A DNA stretch of 64,000 nt from Candidatus Nomurabacteria bacterium (GTDB taxonomy: Bacteria; Patescibacteriota; Minisyncoccia; Phycocordibacterales; UBA918), in contig CP060228.1 of the NCBI GenBank assembly GCA_023898565.1, positions 304,594 through 368,593 of the forward strand. The letters are read 5' to 3'. The position numbers and the translations under genes are program-made. Of this stretch, positions 9,089-18,165 are shown in pieces. Under the pieces are notes generated by a model that saw nothing but the letters and a program-made list of their open reading frames with translations, was not told the origin of the DNA and searched no databases. Every line of letters begins with the position of its first letter. The first letter of the stretch is position 1.

Positions 9089-9532
9089 CTAGAGCTTTTG
9101 CTCAATATGTAGCTTGGCTGCTCTGAACAACTCCTTGGTTTGTTTGTAATCAAGTCGTTCGATTGCTGCTTCCAAACCATACCACCCCGCTTCTTTCACC
9201 TCCTGAGGATCAAGCATCACTTCCGCCGCCTCAATAATGCCAATGAAAAAATGAACAGACTTTTCAATCTTCGCACCATCATAGACGAAAGAATATTCAG
9301 ATGTAAAAACCGGCTCTTGAAAAACCTGTGTTGCGTGCATGTTAGTTTCTTCTTTTAGTTCGCGGACAGCCGTCTGAAGCGGAGACTCCCCCGCTTCAGG
9401 GTGCCCCTTCGGCAAGACCCAGTAGGTATTATTGCCAATCTTGCTGAATTGATTAATAAGAAACACCTTCCACGCTCCTTCAATTTTTTTAATGGGAATA
9501 ATTCCGTATGATATATCTTTTTTAGTCTGCAT
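9089..9532 (-). CDS. NUDIX hydrolase
   Basis: Nudix box LPKGHPEAGESPLQTAVRELKEETN. The start is chosen at MQTKKD. Confidence 0.7.
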   Translation of the reverse strand: MQTKKDISYGIIPIKKIEGAWKVFLINQFSKIGNNTYWVLPKGHPEAGESPLQTAVRELKEETNMHATQVFQEPVFTSEYSFVYDGAKIEKSVHFFIGIIEAAEVMLDPQEVKEAGWYGLEAAIERLDYKQTKELFRAAKLHIEQKL

Positions 9533-9550
9533 GAATGCAGTATAGCAAAA

Positions 9551-9577
9551 CCGGCCGGAAGCGAAGCTTCCGGCCGG
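9551..9577. repeat. Palindromic hairpin element copy 2 (terminator after tRNA-Leu)
   Basis: ccggccggaagcgaagcttccggccgg. Confidence 0.85.
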
Positions 9578-9589
9578 TTTGTACGATTG

Positions 9590-9673
9590 TGTCCAGGACT
9601 GGAGTTGAACCAGCACGGGAAAACTCCCACTACCCCCTCAAGGTAGCGCGTCTACCAATTTCGCCACCTGGAC
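9590..9673 (-). tRNA. tRNA-Leu (anticodon GAG), class II long variable arm, no encoded CCA
   Basis: Acceptor GTCCAGG/CCTGGAC, 3-bp D-stem, anticodon loop TTGAGGG, T-loop TTCAACT. Confidence 0.8.
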
Positions 9674-9836
9674 ATGAGATGTATACATCTACTGAGGTCG
9701 GGCCATTATGCCTGAAAACAGCACGCAATTCAAGTCCGACCGGACGCGTGTAAGTCTTGCCACCATCAATCGTCATATACGATATACGAAAGGTAAACCG
9801 GTACAAGTCGTATTAACAAATATAAATCAAACCACC

Positions 9837-11771
9837 ATGAAACATAAAACATTCAAACAGAGTATGGTTGGTGGTATCATCGCGCTTTCGCTCGTTGGTA
9901 TTACCTTCCCTGCTCCCTACGCTTCAGCAGCAACCGCAGCTGAACTACAAGCACAAATACAGTCGCTCTTAGCACAAATCGCTGCGCTGCAAAGCCAGCT
10001 CGGGGCCAAAACCACACCAAGCCAAAGCTGCTCGATTTTTAATCGTGACCTTACGCTTGGTGTTCAATCAGACGAAGTCACCAGGTTGCAAAATTTCCTG
10101 ATTAGTAAAGGCTATACCATTCCTGCCGGTGCCACCGGCTACTTCGGAGGACAAACCCAGCAAGCATTGGTGAAGTTCCAAAAAGCAGAAGGAATTAGTC
10201 CTGCCGTAGGATATTTTGGACCCCTAACTCGTGGCCGTGTTCAAAATATGTGTACTCCTGTCGTGACTCCGCCAACGACCACCCCTCCTGCTCCAAGCAA
10301 CCCAACCACTGAAACACCGACCGAAGAAATACTTAGTGGCGAAGCTTCAATTGAACGCTTTGATGTCAAAGACGGCGACGACACTGATCTAGAAGAAGGC
10401 GATAAAAACGCTGAAATCATGGAAGTATCGTTTAGAGTCTCGGATGGAGATGTGCGTATCAACCGCTTCGATCTTGGCTTCACTCCAGATTCTGGCAACG
10501 ACGAGAACGATCCTTGGGACACGTTTGGCACCCTATCCATCTACCAAGGTACCAAAAAGATTGCTGAAGTAGACGCGAGCAAAGAAAAGAATTGGCGTGA
10601 AGACGAACCAATGAATGGCAGTTACACCCTTCGCCTATCTGGCCTGAACTACATCGTGAAAGAAAGTAAAACTGTCGAGCTTACCGTGAAAGCGAGCATT
10701 CAGAAAAATGTAAAAGGCACAGCCAATGGAGAAATCTGGAATGTCTTTGTTCCAACCAATGGTATTCGCGGGCTAGATGCTGATAAGGCCGTAGTCTACG
10801 CCGGCAATACAGCCGATGCTGTAACACTCAACATTGACCGCGCTGGCGCAACTGACGAACTGCTCGTCCGACGCTCAAACGCTGACCTCAACGCAACCAC
10901 ACTTCAACTCAAAGACAATAACCGTTCTGGTTTCCTGCCAATCTTTAGCTTTGACCTAGATACCGATGATAGCAAAAATGATATAGAGGTCCGCAAAATC
11001 CCCGTATCAATCACTGTCAGCACAAGCACTCTCTCGACCTTCATGCGTGACATTCGTCTCGTAGTAGGAAACAAAACCTACACGGATGAAGTGACCGTAG
11101 ATGGACAAACTGGTGTAGTAACCTTTGAATTCGACCGAGATGATTTCATCATCGATGCAGGTGACCGAATCACCGCAACGGTGGAAGTTGACTTCAAGGC
11201 ATTGTCAGCCGAACACGAAGGCACCACTATTGGAGCAGCTGTGGTTGCTGACGATATAGTGGCTGAAGGCACAGACGATCTTAGCCTCGATCAGCTAAGC
11301 GGCACTGCAACTGGCGACACACACACCATGGCCACTAAAGGCACTGCAGTGAACACCACTACTATTGCTACCTCAGCTGTTGTCACAACCGCTAACGGAG
11401 AAGCAAACGATTACGCAACCTTCAGCATCACTGTTCCCGTAACCGCGTTTGGACAAGATGTGTACATTCCAAATTCAGGCACGAGCGTTGTGTACAAACT
11501 TACTGATGCAACCGGCAATGCCCTAACCGCTTCTGGAACTGCGATTGTAACCAGCTCAGCTGATGAGCGCGGCAACTACTTCTTCATCGCTGAAGATAGT
11601 ACAGAAACCGTAACCCTTACAGTGACTTACGTACCCGGTGCAACAAACACTGTGGCCCGACTCCAACTCATGGGCATCGGCTACAGCAATGATACCGTGA
11701 CCCCAGACACCACCTGGACCGCAAGACCAGAGAACAAGTACCGAACTAATGTCGTCACAATCGTAAATTAG
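9837..11771 (+). CDS. Secreted protein with peptidoglycan-binding domain and long T/S/D-rich beta region
   Basis: Signal peptide (start chosen at MKHKTF), coiled coil and a PG_binding_1-like segment (GYFGGQTQQALVKFQKAEGI). The longest ORF runs from 9708. Confidence 0.6.
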   Translation: MKHKTFKQSMVGGIIALSLVGITFPAPYASAATAAELQAQIQSLLAQIAALQSQLGAKTTPSQSCSIFNRDLTLGVQSDEVTRLQNFLISKGYTIPAGATGYFGGQTQQALVKFQKAEGISPAVGYFGPLTRGRVQNMCTPVVTPPTTTPPAPSNPTTETPTEEILSGEASIERFDVKDGDDTDLEEGDKNAEIMEVSFRVSDGDVRINRFDLGFTPDSGNDENDPWDTFGTLSIYQGTKKIAEVDASKEKNWREDEPMNGSYTLRLSGLNYIVKESKTVELTVKASIQKNVKGTANGEIWNVFVPTNGIRGLDADKAVVYAGNTADAVTLNIDRAGATDELLVRRSNADLNATTLQLKDNNRSGFLPIFSFDLDTDDSKNDIEVRKIPVSITVSTSTLSTFMRDIRLVVGNKTYTDEVTVDGQTGVVTFEFDRDDFIIDAGDRITATVEVDFKALSAEHEGTTIGAAVVADDIVAEGTDDLSLDQLSGTATGDTHTMATKGTAVNTTTIATSAVVTTANGEANDYATFSITVPVTAFGQDVYIPNSGTSVVYKLTDATGNALTASGTAIVTSSADERGNYFFIAEDSTETVTLTVTYVPGATNTVARLQLMGIGYSNDTVTPDTTWTARPENKYRTNVVTIVN

Positions 11772-11793
11772 TACTTAGTTAAAATGTAAACAA

Positions 11794-11826
11794 AAAGCGG
11801 CGGGCCCTTCGGGCCCGCCGCTTTTT
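11794..11826 (+). terminator. Rho-independent terminator
   Basis: Hairpin gcggcgggcccttcgggcccgccgc followed by ttttt. Confidence 0.75.
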
Positions 11827-11876
11827 ACTCTCCCTACTCACCCGAAATAAAAAACACCGCATTGCGGTGTTTTTTA

Positions 11877-12449
11877 TTAGTCTTTCTTTTCTTCAGTCGC
11901 CTCTTCTGTTGGAGTCTCTGGAGCAGCTTCAGGAGCCTTTTCTTCAGCTGGTGCTTCTGCAGCAGCAACTTCTGCTGCCTTAGCCGCCTCCGCTTCAGCA
12001 GCCTTAGCCGCTTCCTCCTCGGCCTTCTTAGCCTCTTCTGCCTCACGAGCAGCTGCTTCTGCACCTGACTCTGTAGCCATAGATACCAAGCTCATTCGAC
12101 GCATCTGACGCTTAATCTCGCGGTTTACCTTTTCGCGGATGTAATACAGCTTGCTGCGGCGCACCTTGGCACGCTTTACAATCTCGAGCTTGTCGATGAG
12201 TGGAGAGTAGAGTGGGAAAATCTTTTCCACGCCAACACCACTAGCTACCTTACGTACCGTAAAAGTTGCTCCTGGTTCATCTCCGTGCTTGCGAGCCAAT
12301 ACAAGGCCCTCAAAAATCTGGATACGAGTCTTACCCTTATCCTGAATCTTCTGGTGAACACGCACCGTATCGCCGGCAGAAATACCAAGCGCCTTGCGTT
12401 CTTCCATATTTACGGGTGATACAGACACCCCTGTCATTGCTGCTTTCAT
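11877..12449 (-). CDS. rplS: 50S ribosomal protein L19 with Ala/Glu/Lys-rich C-terminal extension
   Basis: The N-terminal 115 aa match L19. The C-terminus is a low-complexity tail AEAAAREAEEAKKAEEEAAKAAEAEAAK... A terminator hairpin lies at 11854-11870. Confidence 0.85.
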   Translation of the reverse strand: MKAAMTGVSVSPVNMEERKALGISAGDTVRVHQKIQDKGKTRIQIFEGLVLARKHGDEPGATFTVRKVASGVGVEKIFPLYSPLIDKLEIVKRAKVRRSKLYYIREKVNREIKRQMRRMSLVSMATESGAEAAAREAEEAKKAEEEAAKAAEAEAAKAAEVAAAEAPAEEKAPEAAPETPTEEATEEKKD

Positions 12450-12566
12450 AATATTTTCTTTAATAAATTAAACGAATGAGCCGTTTAAAACGTGCCACAA
12501 TCTACCATAAAGCTCCCTATTCTGCAATGCCAAAAAGAAAGAGGTCAGACGACCCGGCGGCCGATA

Positions 12567-13346
12567 CTATTCTACGATCTTTTCAACCGCCTCTTCGATC
12601 TCCTTTGGCACTGGGGCAATAAAACGCTCTTCTTCTCCACTCGGCAGTGTAAGCTCAAGCATATGCGCATGAAGCGCGAGACGATTAAGACCAAGGTTGT
12701 TTGATTTAGGGATTTTGTAATCTGCATAGAGAGCATCCATCACAATCGGTCGGTCGAGCGCGCGCAAATGCACGCGCAGTTGGTGCGTGCGACCTGTCTT
12801 GGGAATCAACTTCACGTAGGAAAACGCCTCGTCTTCGTATTCCCCCATACCAATCCGCTCGAAGTCAGTAATCGCTTCACGAAGTTCACCTTTCGCCCCG
12901 CGCTCGGCTGAGCGCTTTCTAAAGTCTTTCGTACTGCGCCCGATAGGGCGGTTGATGGTGCCCCAACGGTCGTTCATTCGCCCATACACTACGGCGCGAT
13001 ATTCCTTGTATACCGCCCGGTCTTTAAAGGCTTGCTTTAGGTGCACGTATGCCTCTTGATGCTTGGCCAAAATCAAGACACCAGACGTCTCGCGGTCGAG
13101 CCGGTGCACAATCCCAGAACGATCAAGCTCCGCACCCTGCGGCGAATAGCCCACTTCCCCCACCCCTTTCGCTTCGGGCACGCGCGCACAAAACCACTCG
13201 ACCACGGTCGGATCATCACCTACGCCATCTTCGTGCGTTATCCAGCCATACGGCTTATTAATGACGAGCACATCGTCATTTTCAAACAGCACCACCGGCT
13301 CCGTTAGATTATTTTCCTTTACGTCGCTCTCGGTTTCCATAGGCAT
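12567..13346 (-). CDS. RluA-family pseudouridine synthase
   Basis: HRLDRETSGVLILAK catalytic Asp motif. Confidence 0.85.
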   Translation of the reverse strand: MPMETESDVKENNLTEPVVLFENDDVLVINKPYGWITHEDGVGDDPTVVEWFCARVPEAKGVGEVGYSPQGAELDRSGIVHRLDRETSGVLILAKHQEAYVHLKQAFKDRAVYKEYRAVVYGRMNDRWGTINRPIGRSTKDFRKRSAERGAKGELREAITDFERIGMGEYEDEAFSYVKLIPKTGRTHQLRVHLRALDRPIVMDALYADYKIPKSNNLGLNRLALHAHMLELTLPSGEEERFIAPVPKEIEEAVEKIVE

Positions 13347-13989
13347 CCAGTATGCCGATAAAATCAGCTTTGGTCAAAGCGGGCCACGGCTTTTCAAGAA
13401 ATAAAAATTCACTATAGACGGACTTCCAGGTCATAAAATTCGACAAACGCTGTTCCCCACCGGTACGCACAATAATGTCTGGATCGGGCATCTTAGCCGT
13501 CCAAAGTATTTTTTCAAAACTTTCTTCAGTCACTTTCTCACCGCGCGCAATCGCTTCATTTACCGCTGCCACAATCTCTGCCCTTCCACCATACGAGAGC
13601 GCTACCCAAATAGTCGTCGTGTATTCCTGCGCTGCAGTCTCGGACTCAATCTCACTAATTTGCTTCTGAATATCATCTGCAAAGTCATTCACTCTCCCAA
13701 CTACTCGCAAACGAACGCCGTGCTCCTTGGCAGTAGTCCTAAGCACCTCTCGAAATAAATCCATCAAATACCCCACCTCTGCTTTGTCCCGCTGCCAATT
13801 CTCGGTTGAGAATGCATAGTAGACCCCATGCGCAACGCCACTCTCCTGTAGCCATTTGATAGTATCTCCAAACACCTCAGCACCTTTTCGGTGCCCCTCT
13901 AGAGTCGGCAACCCTTGCGCTTTTGCCCAGCGGCGATTGCCGTCCATAATAAAACCAACACAAGTTGGTATTACCTTTACTTCAACCAT
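13309..13989 (-). CDS. uppS: Undecaprenyl diphosphate synthase
   Basis: FIMDGNRRWAK motif. The start is trimmed to MVEVKV so it does not overlap acyP. Confidence 0.85.
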   Translation of the reverse strand: MVEVKVIPTCVGFIMDGNRRWAKAQGLPTLEGHRKGAEVFGDTIKWLQESGVAHGVYYAFSTENWQRDKAEVGYLMDLFREVLRTTAKEHGVRLRVVGRVNDFADDIQKQISEIESETAAQEYTTTIWVALSYGGRAEIVAAVNEAIARGEKVTEESFEKILWTAKMPDPDIIVRTGGEQRLSNFMTWKSVYSEFLFLEKPWPALTKADFIGILDAYGNRERRKGK

Positions 13990-13994
13990 AGTAA

Positions 13995-14264
13995 TTAATG
14001 TAACACTGAAAATTCCAGGTAGGTTTTGCCGGCACTCCGCCATTCCACTGCCACCCCCTCTACTACTGCCATGAGCGACCCTTCATGCAGATACTCTACA
14101 AAAGACTTAAGTGCGTCTGGCTCGCCCTGCGCCACCACAAACACGGTGCCATCTGGCTTATTTTTCACGTACCCCACCAGCCCGAGCTCAGTCGCTGACT
14201 CTTGCGCGTAGGCGCGGTACGCTACTCCCTGCACCTGCCCCGTCACCACACAGTGAATTTCAAT
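13995..14264 (-). CDS. acyP: Acylphosphatase
   Basis: VTGQVQGVAYRAYAQ signature. Roughly 90 aa from the internal Met. Confidence 0.8.
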   Translation of the reverse strand: MEIHCVVTGQVQGVAYRAYAQESATELGLVGYVKNKPDGTVFVVAQGEPDALKSFVEYLHEGSLMAVVEGVAVEWRSAGKTYLEFSVLH

Positions 14265-14375
14265 CATACCGAGCAGTATACCCACTATGCACCCAAAGCG
14301 CGAACCAATCACCTCCCCGCAGAGGGTATTGTGTTTTTCTTAAAATTGGGTAGGATAATGCCTACATAAATATAT

Positions 14376-14448
14376 GCGCGATTAGCTCAGTTGGTAGAGC
14401 AGCTCGTTTACACCGAGAAGGTCGGGAGTTCAAGTCTCTCATCGCGCA
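14376..14448 (+). tRNA. tRNA-Val (anticodon TAC)
   Basis: Acceptor GCGCGAT/ATCGCGC, anticodon loop TTTACAC, T-loop TTCAAGT. Confidence 0.8.
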
Positions 14449-14792
14449 CTAGACCAAGAAAGCTCAGACGTCTGTCTGGGCTTTCTTGTGTCTCAGATTT
14501 GGCAGAGTGAGGAGAGACTTGAAGAAAGCGAGTATATCGCGCGGAGTGGAACAAGCACGATTCGAGCGTCGGGGTCGCGTAGCACAATATTTTCAAGCTT
14601 GCGCAGAAAATATTGATGTGAAGGTGACCAGGTCTCTCATCGCACACAAAGAAAATGAGCCTGTAATGCAAGGCTCATTTTTTGTAGACGTAATTAAAAA
14701 ATGGACTACTCTCGAACTTTAGTGTATTTTTCAAGCATACAGAGCCGGAGACAAAGCGTACTTGGCACTCCTTAAGAATATAAAAAATTATC

Positions 14793-15221
14793 ATGAATGA
14801 AATACCAGAATGCTTTTACCGTGTCAGTGTCAAAGCGCTAATTTTAAATGAAGAAAGAGATAAGTTTCTTGTTTGTGAAGAAGATAATGGGGTCTGGGAA
14901 TTGCCGGGTGGTGGTCTTGATTGGGGCGCTACCCCACAGGAAGATTTGCCAAGAGAAATAAGTGAGGAGATGGAACTTAAAACTACATGGGTTGCAAATA
15001 ATCCTTCTTACTTCATCACAGATCAAACAATGAATCGCAAGCAGTGGATTGTTAACGTTGTGTACGAAGCTGAAGTTGAAGATTTGAGTTTTACTCCTTC
15101 AGACGAATGCGTAAACATTAAATTTGTAGACAAAGAAGACATTAAGAGCATGAATGTATTCCCCACTATTAAACAACTGGGCGAGATGTTTGACCCTCAA
15201 AATCACGTAAAAAAATTCTAA
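14793..15221 (+). CDS. NUDIX hydrolase
   Basis: Nudix box LPGGGLDWGATPQEDLPREISEEMEL. Confidence 0.8.
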   Translation: MNEIPECFYRVSVKALILNEERDKFLVCEEDNGVWELPGGGLDWGATPQEDLPREISEEMELKTTWVANNPSYFITDQTMNRKQWIVNVVYEAEVEDLSFTPSDECVNIKFVDKEDIKSMNVFPTIKQLGEMFDPQNHVKKF

Positions 15222-15343
15222 CGTCGTTCCACATTTTGGTGCACTAGACATTCTCTGTTTTAAATAGTATTGTTTAGACAGTCTTGAAGTTCAGCACGCC
15301 TGATTCTACAAGTTCCTATCAATTTCAACGGAGATGACTACAA

Positions 15344-15715
15344 ATGAAAGTGACGCAACTTTCAATTCCCGACCTCACCGACCCGGCCCCCAATTTTTGG
15401 GATCATTTATTGAGTTTTTTTGACTTGGAGTTCTGGAGACAAGAAATTCATGTAACAAAAGCGACTGTTTTGTCCACCCGCTATCGCGATGGATACTCAT
15501 GTGTGGTCGGCAGCTCACCCCTCGGAGGACGCACAACTGCATATATTCCGCCTGCGCACTTGATCAAAGTGCGCACTCCCCACGGCGACACGGAGGTAAA
15601 GATATCAAAAGCACTTTTTGATATCACCACTCCTGGCGACACTCTCCCAGTGAGTTACCAGAAAAGTCGCCTGTACGTAATCGAGCAACATATCCGCGCC
15701 AGGATTGCAGTCTGA
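15344..15715 (+). CDS. Hypothetical protein (123 aa)
   Basis: ORF with good start context, followed by the terminator hairpin acacctacggaaaaccctaccttccgtaggtgtttt. Confidence 0.45.
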   Translation: MKVTQLSIPDLTDPAPNFWDHLLSFFDLEFWRQEIHVTKATVLSTRYRDGYSCVVGSSPLGGRTTAYIPPAHLIKVRTPHGDTEVKISKALFDITTPGDTLPVSYQKSRLYVIEQHIRARIAV

Positions 15716-15890
15716 CAACACACCTACGGAAAACCCTACCTTCCGTAGGTGTTTTCCTTTTCTTCTTGCGCCAGAATAGTTCTAACGTCATTCCACATGG
15801 TGCACCAGGCAAATGACACTTAATCGAACATAATTGATGACTTCTCACTATTTTTGCGCTAGTATGGCACGAAGCAATTTGTGCTTGTTT

Positions 15891-15962
15891 GCCCCTATAG
15901 TTTAATGGATAAAACGAGAGGCTTCTATCCTTTTGATCTGGGTTCGATTCCTGGTGGGGGCA
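15891..15962 (+). tRNA. tRNA-Arg (anticodon TCT)
   Basis: Acceptor GCCCCTA/TGGGGGC, anticodon loop CTTCTAT, T-loop TTCGATT. Confidence 0.8.
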
Positions 15963-15967
15963 CAGGA

Positions 15968-16174
15968 AAAACTGGCCGGAAGCGAAGCTTCCGGCCAGTT
16001 TTTCCTGTGTGCCTGTACGACCACGCTAGAACTTATTTTACGACAAAAGGCTGAAAACGAGAACCGCACAAGCCCCGCCACCTATTTCGGACGTAGCCGA
16101 AATGCGCCCCGCCAGAAAAACCCTTTGCATTTTTGAGATTTCCCCCGCCGATTTTTCTTTTTTAAGGAAAAGGG
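15968..16174. repeat. Left arm of ~205-bp perfect inverted repeat (contains palindromic hairpin element copy 3)
   Basis: Reverse-complement identical to 17487-17691. It begins 6 bp after the tRNA-Arg 3' end. Confidence 0.9.
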
Positions 16175-16199
16175 TATTTTCTGTCGGTGCGCTCAACAA

Positions 16200-16721
16200 T
16201 TACACCGTTGCAGGCGACTTTGCTGCTCTCAATAATGCAAGGTCGCGTTTTTGTATAAACTTGCCTTCGTAATTTGTCGGTTTGTCTTGTTCAAGAAGTG
16301 CAATAGCACCATCAATGTTGTCTGCCCAAACTATTGAAAACTGTTCTCGCAGTTCTTTCTCGGTAAAGTCTGGCTCGCCCTTTTCGCCAATTTGCGTAGC
16401 AATAAAACAATAAGATATTTGCTCTAGCTCAAATTGGTTACGATATTCAATAATCTCGCCAACTTCACCAGTTACTTCAGCTTTACAGCCGATTTCTTCT
16501 AACAACTCCCGTTCTAGTGCTGTTGGTATGTTCTCGCCCTCGTCAATACCACCGCCAGGCAATTTGTGGTAATCGTAAAGCCCGACACGCAACAGGGCAA
16601 TTTTACCAGCATTGTCAGACACAACCGCACGAGCGGCTTCACGCTTGCGAAAATTGCCAGTGTCTATAACTGGTGCTTCTGGCACAATGTCTTGTTCGTG
16701 AATTGTAAGTAGGTTTTTCAT
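16200..16721 (-). CDS. NUDIX hydrolase
   Basis: Nudix box LPGGGIDEGENIPTALERELLEEIG. Confidence 0.8.
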   Translation of the reverse strand: MKNLLTIHEQDIVPEAPVIDTGNFRKREAARAVVSDNAGKIALLRVGLYDYHKLPGGGIDEGENIPTALERELLEEIGCKAEVTGEVGEIIEYRNQFELEQISYCFIATQIGEKGEPDFTEKELREQFSIVWADNIDGAIALLEQDKPTNYEGKFIQKRDLALLRAAKSPATV

Positions 16722-17371
16722 AATCTGCTCCTGAATATTTCCGCTACGGCTTGCACAAGCGCAGGGTGCGACTGTTGGTCAAAATGTATGCCGTCAAGTC
16801 CAGCCTTTGCAACTGTGCTTGCGTCAAAGAATAGCGAGCCAGTTTCACTGGCTACCCTTTGTATTTCGGTTGCCAGTTGCTTTGATTTTTCGGCAGACTG
16901 CTGGTCGTATGTATCGTGATAGTATTCGTCAAATTTCGGCGCACGGTCATTTACATAAATTGGACTTACTGACAAAATCTTCGTTTCTTGCGAGGCTTCT
17001 CGTACTGCGTTAATAAATGGTTTTAGTGCGTCAGCGATTTCGGCAACTGGTCGTGAGTATTGTACTTTTAGGTCGTTTGTGCCAAGCATAATGACGACAA
17101 TATCAGTTGGCGAGTGGCTTGTTAGACAAGGCACAAAATAAGTAAGTCCGTTGCGTGATGGCTTGTCGGGGTTGTAATGTTCTAGGTCTGTGGTGCGTCC
17201 GCCCAAGCCTTCCTCAATAACATAGTAGTCATTACCTAAAAGTTCTTGTAATTTGCCAGTCCAGCGAACATTTACAGGGTATCTGCTGCCAGTGTTTTTG
17301 TCGTCATTTTGACCCCAAGTGTTGCTGTCGCCATAACATAGAATTACTTTTGCTTGTGGGTTTGTATTCAT
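16718..17371 (-). CDS. SGNH/GDSL-family hydrolase (esterase/lipase-like)
   Basis: N-terminal block ILCYGDSNTWG (GDSxT) and DGIHF near the C-terminus. Confidence 0.8.
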   Translation of the reverse strand: MNTNPQAKVILCYGDSNTWGQNDDKNTGSRYPVNVRWTGKLQELLGNDYYVIEEGLGGRTTDLEHYNPDKPSRNGLTYFVPCLTSHSPTDIVVIMLGTNDLKVQYSRPVAEIADALKPFINAVREASQETKILSVSPIYVNDRAPKFDEYYHDTYDQQSAEKSKQLATEIQRVASETGSLFFDASTVAKAGLDGIHFDQQSHPALVQAVAEIFRSRL

Positions 17372-17486
17372 ACGCTAATTATAACAGAATTTCTTCTGTT
17401 TACGCTTCGCTTGCGAAGCGTGTCGGCTATGCCGACCGAACCACGCCGCCTCTGCCGTTTACGGCAGGCGACCCGACAGAAACGGC

Positions 17487-17691
17487 CTTTTCCTTAAAAA
17501 AGAAAAATCGGCGGGGGAAATCTCAAAAATGCAAAGGGTTTTTCTGGCGGGGCGCATTTCGGCTACGTCCGAAATAGGTGGCGGGGCTTGTGCGGTTCTC
17601 GTTTTCAGCCTTTTGTCGTAAAATAAGTTCTAGCGTGGTCGTACAGGCACACAGGAAAAACTGGCCGGAAGCTTCGCTTCCGGCCAGTTTT
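17487..17691. repeat. Right arm of ~205-bp inverted repeat (contains palindromic hairpin element copy 4, inverted)
   Basis: Reverse complement of 15968-16174. Confidence 0.9.
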
Positions 17692-17709
17692 CTTTTTACA
17701 CAGCAATGA

Positions 17710-18165
17710 TTAATTACCCAGACTCACTGGCTCATCCCCAGCTTCACTGTCTTGATTCATTGGCACTTCAATTTCAACAACTGAAGAAGAGGCTGACTGG
17801 GTGTCGTCAGTCACGCTACTGTCAACATCTAACAGAGACGCCTCCACATCAAGACTTTGTGCCGCTCGAATAAGCGCTTCGTGTTGCTCCTGTTTAGCTG
17901 CAAAGTACTCCAACGCTGATTTCACCATCGCCTCACGATACACGACCGTAGAAGAATCAACGAGAGCGACCTCTTCCACCACCATATCGCGATGTCTCGT
18001 GTATGTGTAGCTACTCCAGACTGAAGCAATCGTGAAAATCAGGAGCGAAATAAGTAAGCCGATCCACCAGTCGCGTACCGGGTTCATCAATTTCGGTACA
18101 CGAAGACCTTGGTCAGATCCTCGTATCTTACTAATTAATTTTTTAAAATCATTTTTGTGCATCAT
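17710..18165 (-). CDS. Membrane-anchored protein downstream of pilMNO (PilP-like position)
   Basis: Single TM, acidic S/D-rich C-terminus. Lies in an operon with pilMNO. Confidence 0.4.
   Translation of the reverse strand: MMHKNDFKKLISKIRGSDQGLRVPKLMNPVRDWWIGLLISLLIFTIASVWSSYTYTRHRDMVVEEVALVDSSTVVYREAMVKSALEYFAAKQEQHEALIRAAQSLDVEASLLDVDSSVTDDTQSASSSVVEIEVPMNQDSEAGDEPVSLGN

Noticed and set aside
11834-12068. K/R/L-rich ORFs (76 and 68 aa) overlapping the 3' end of rplS
   Set aside because: These are antisense or alternate-frame readings of the repetitive GCn/GAA codons encoding the L19 Ala/Glu/Lys tail.
14486-14722. 78-aa ORF downstream of tRNA-Val
   Set aside because: It overlaps the duplicated tRNA 3'-end fragment and hairpins, with no RBS. 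More likely non-coding.
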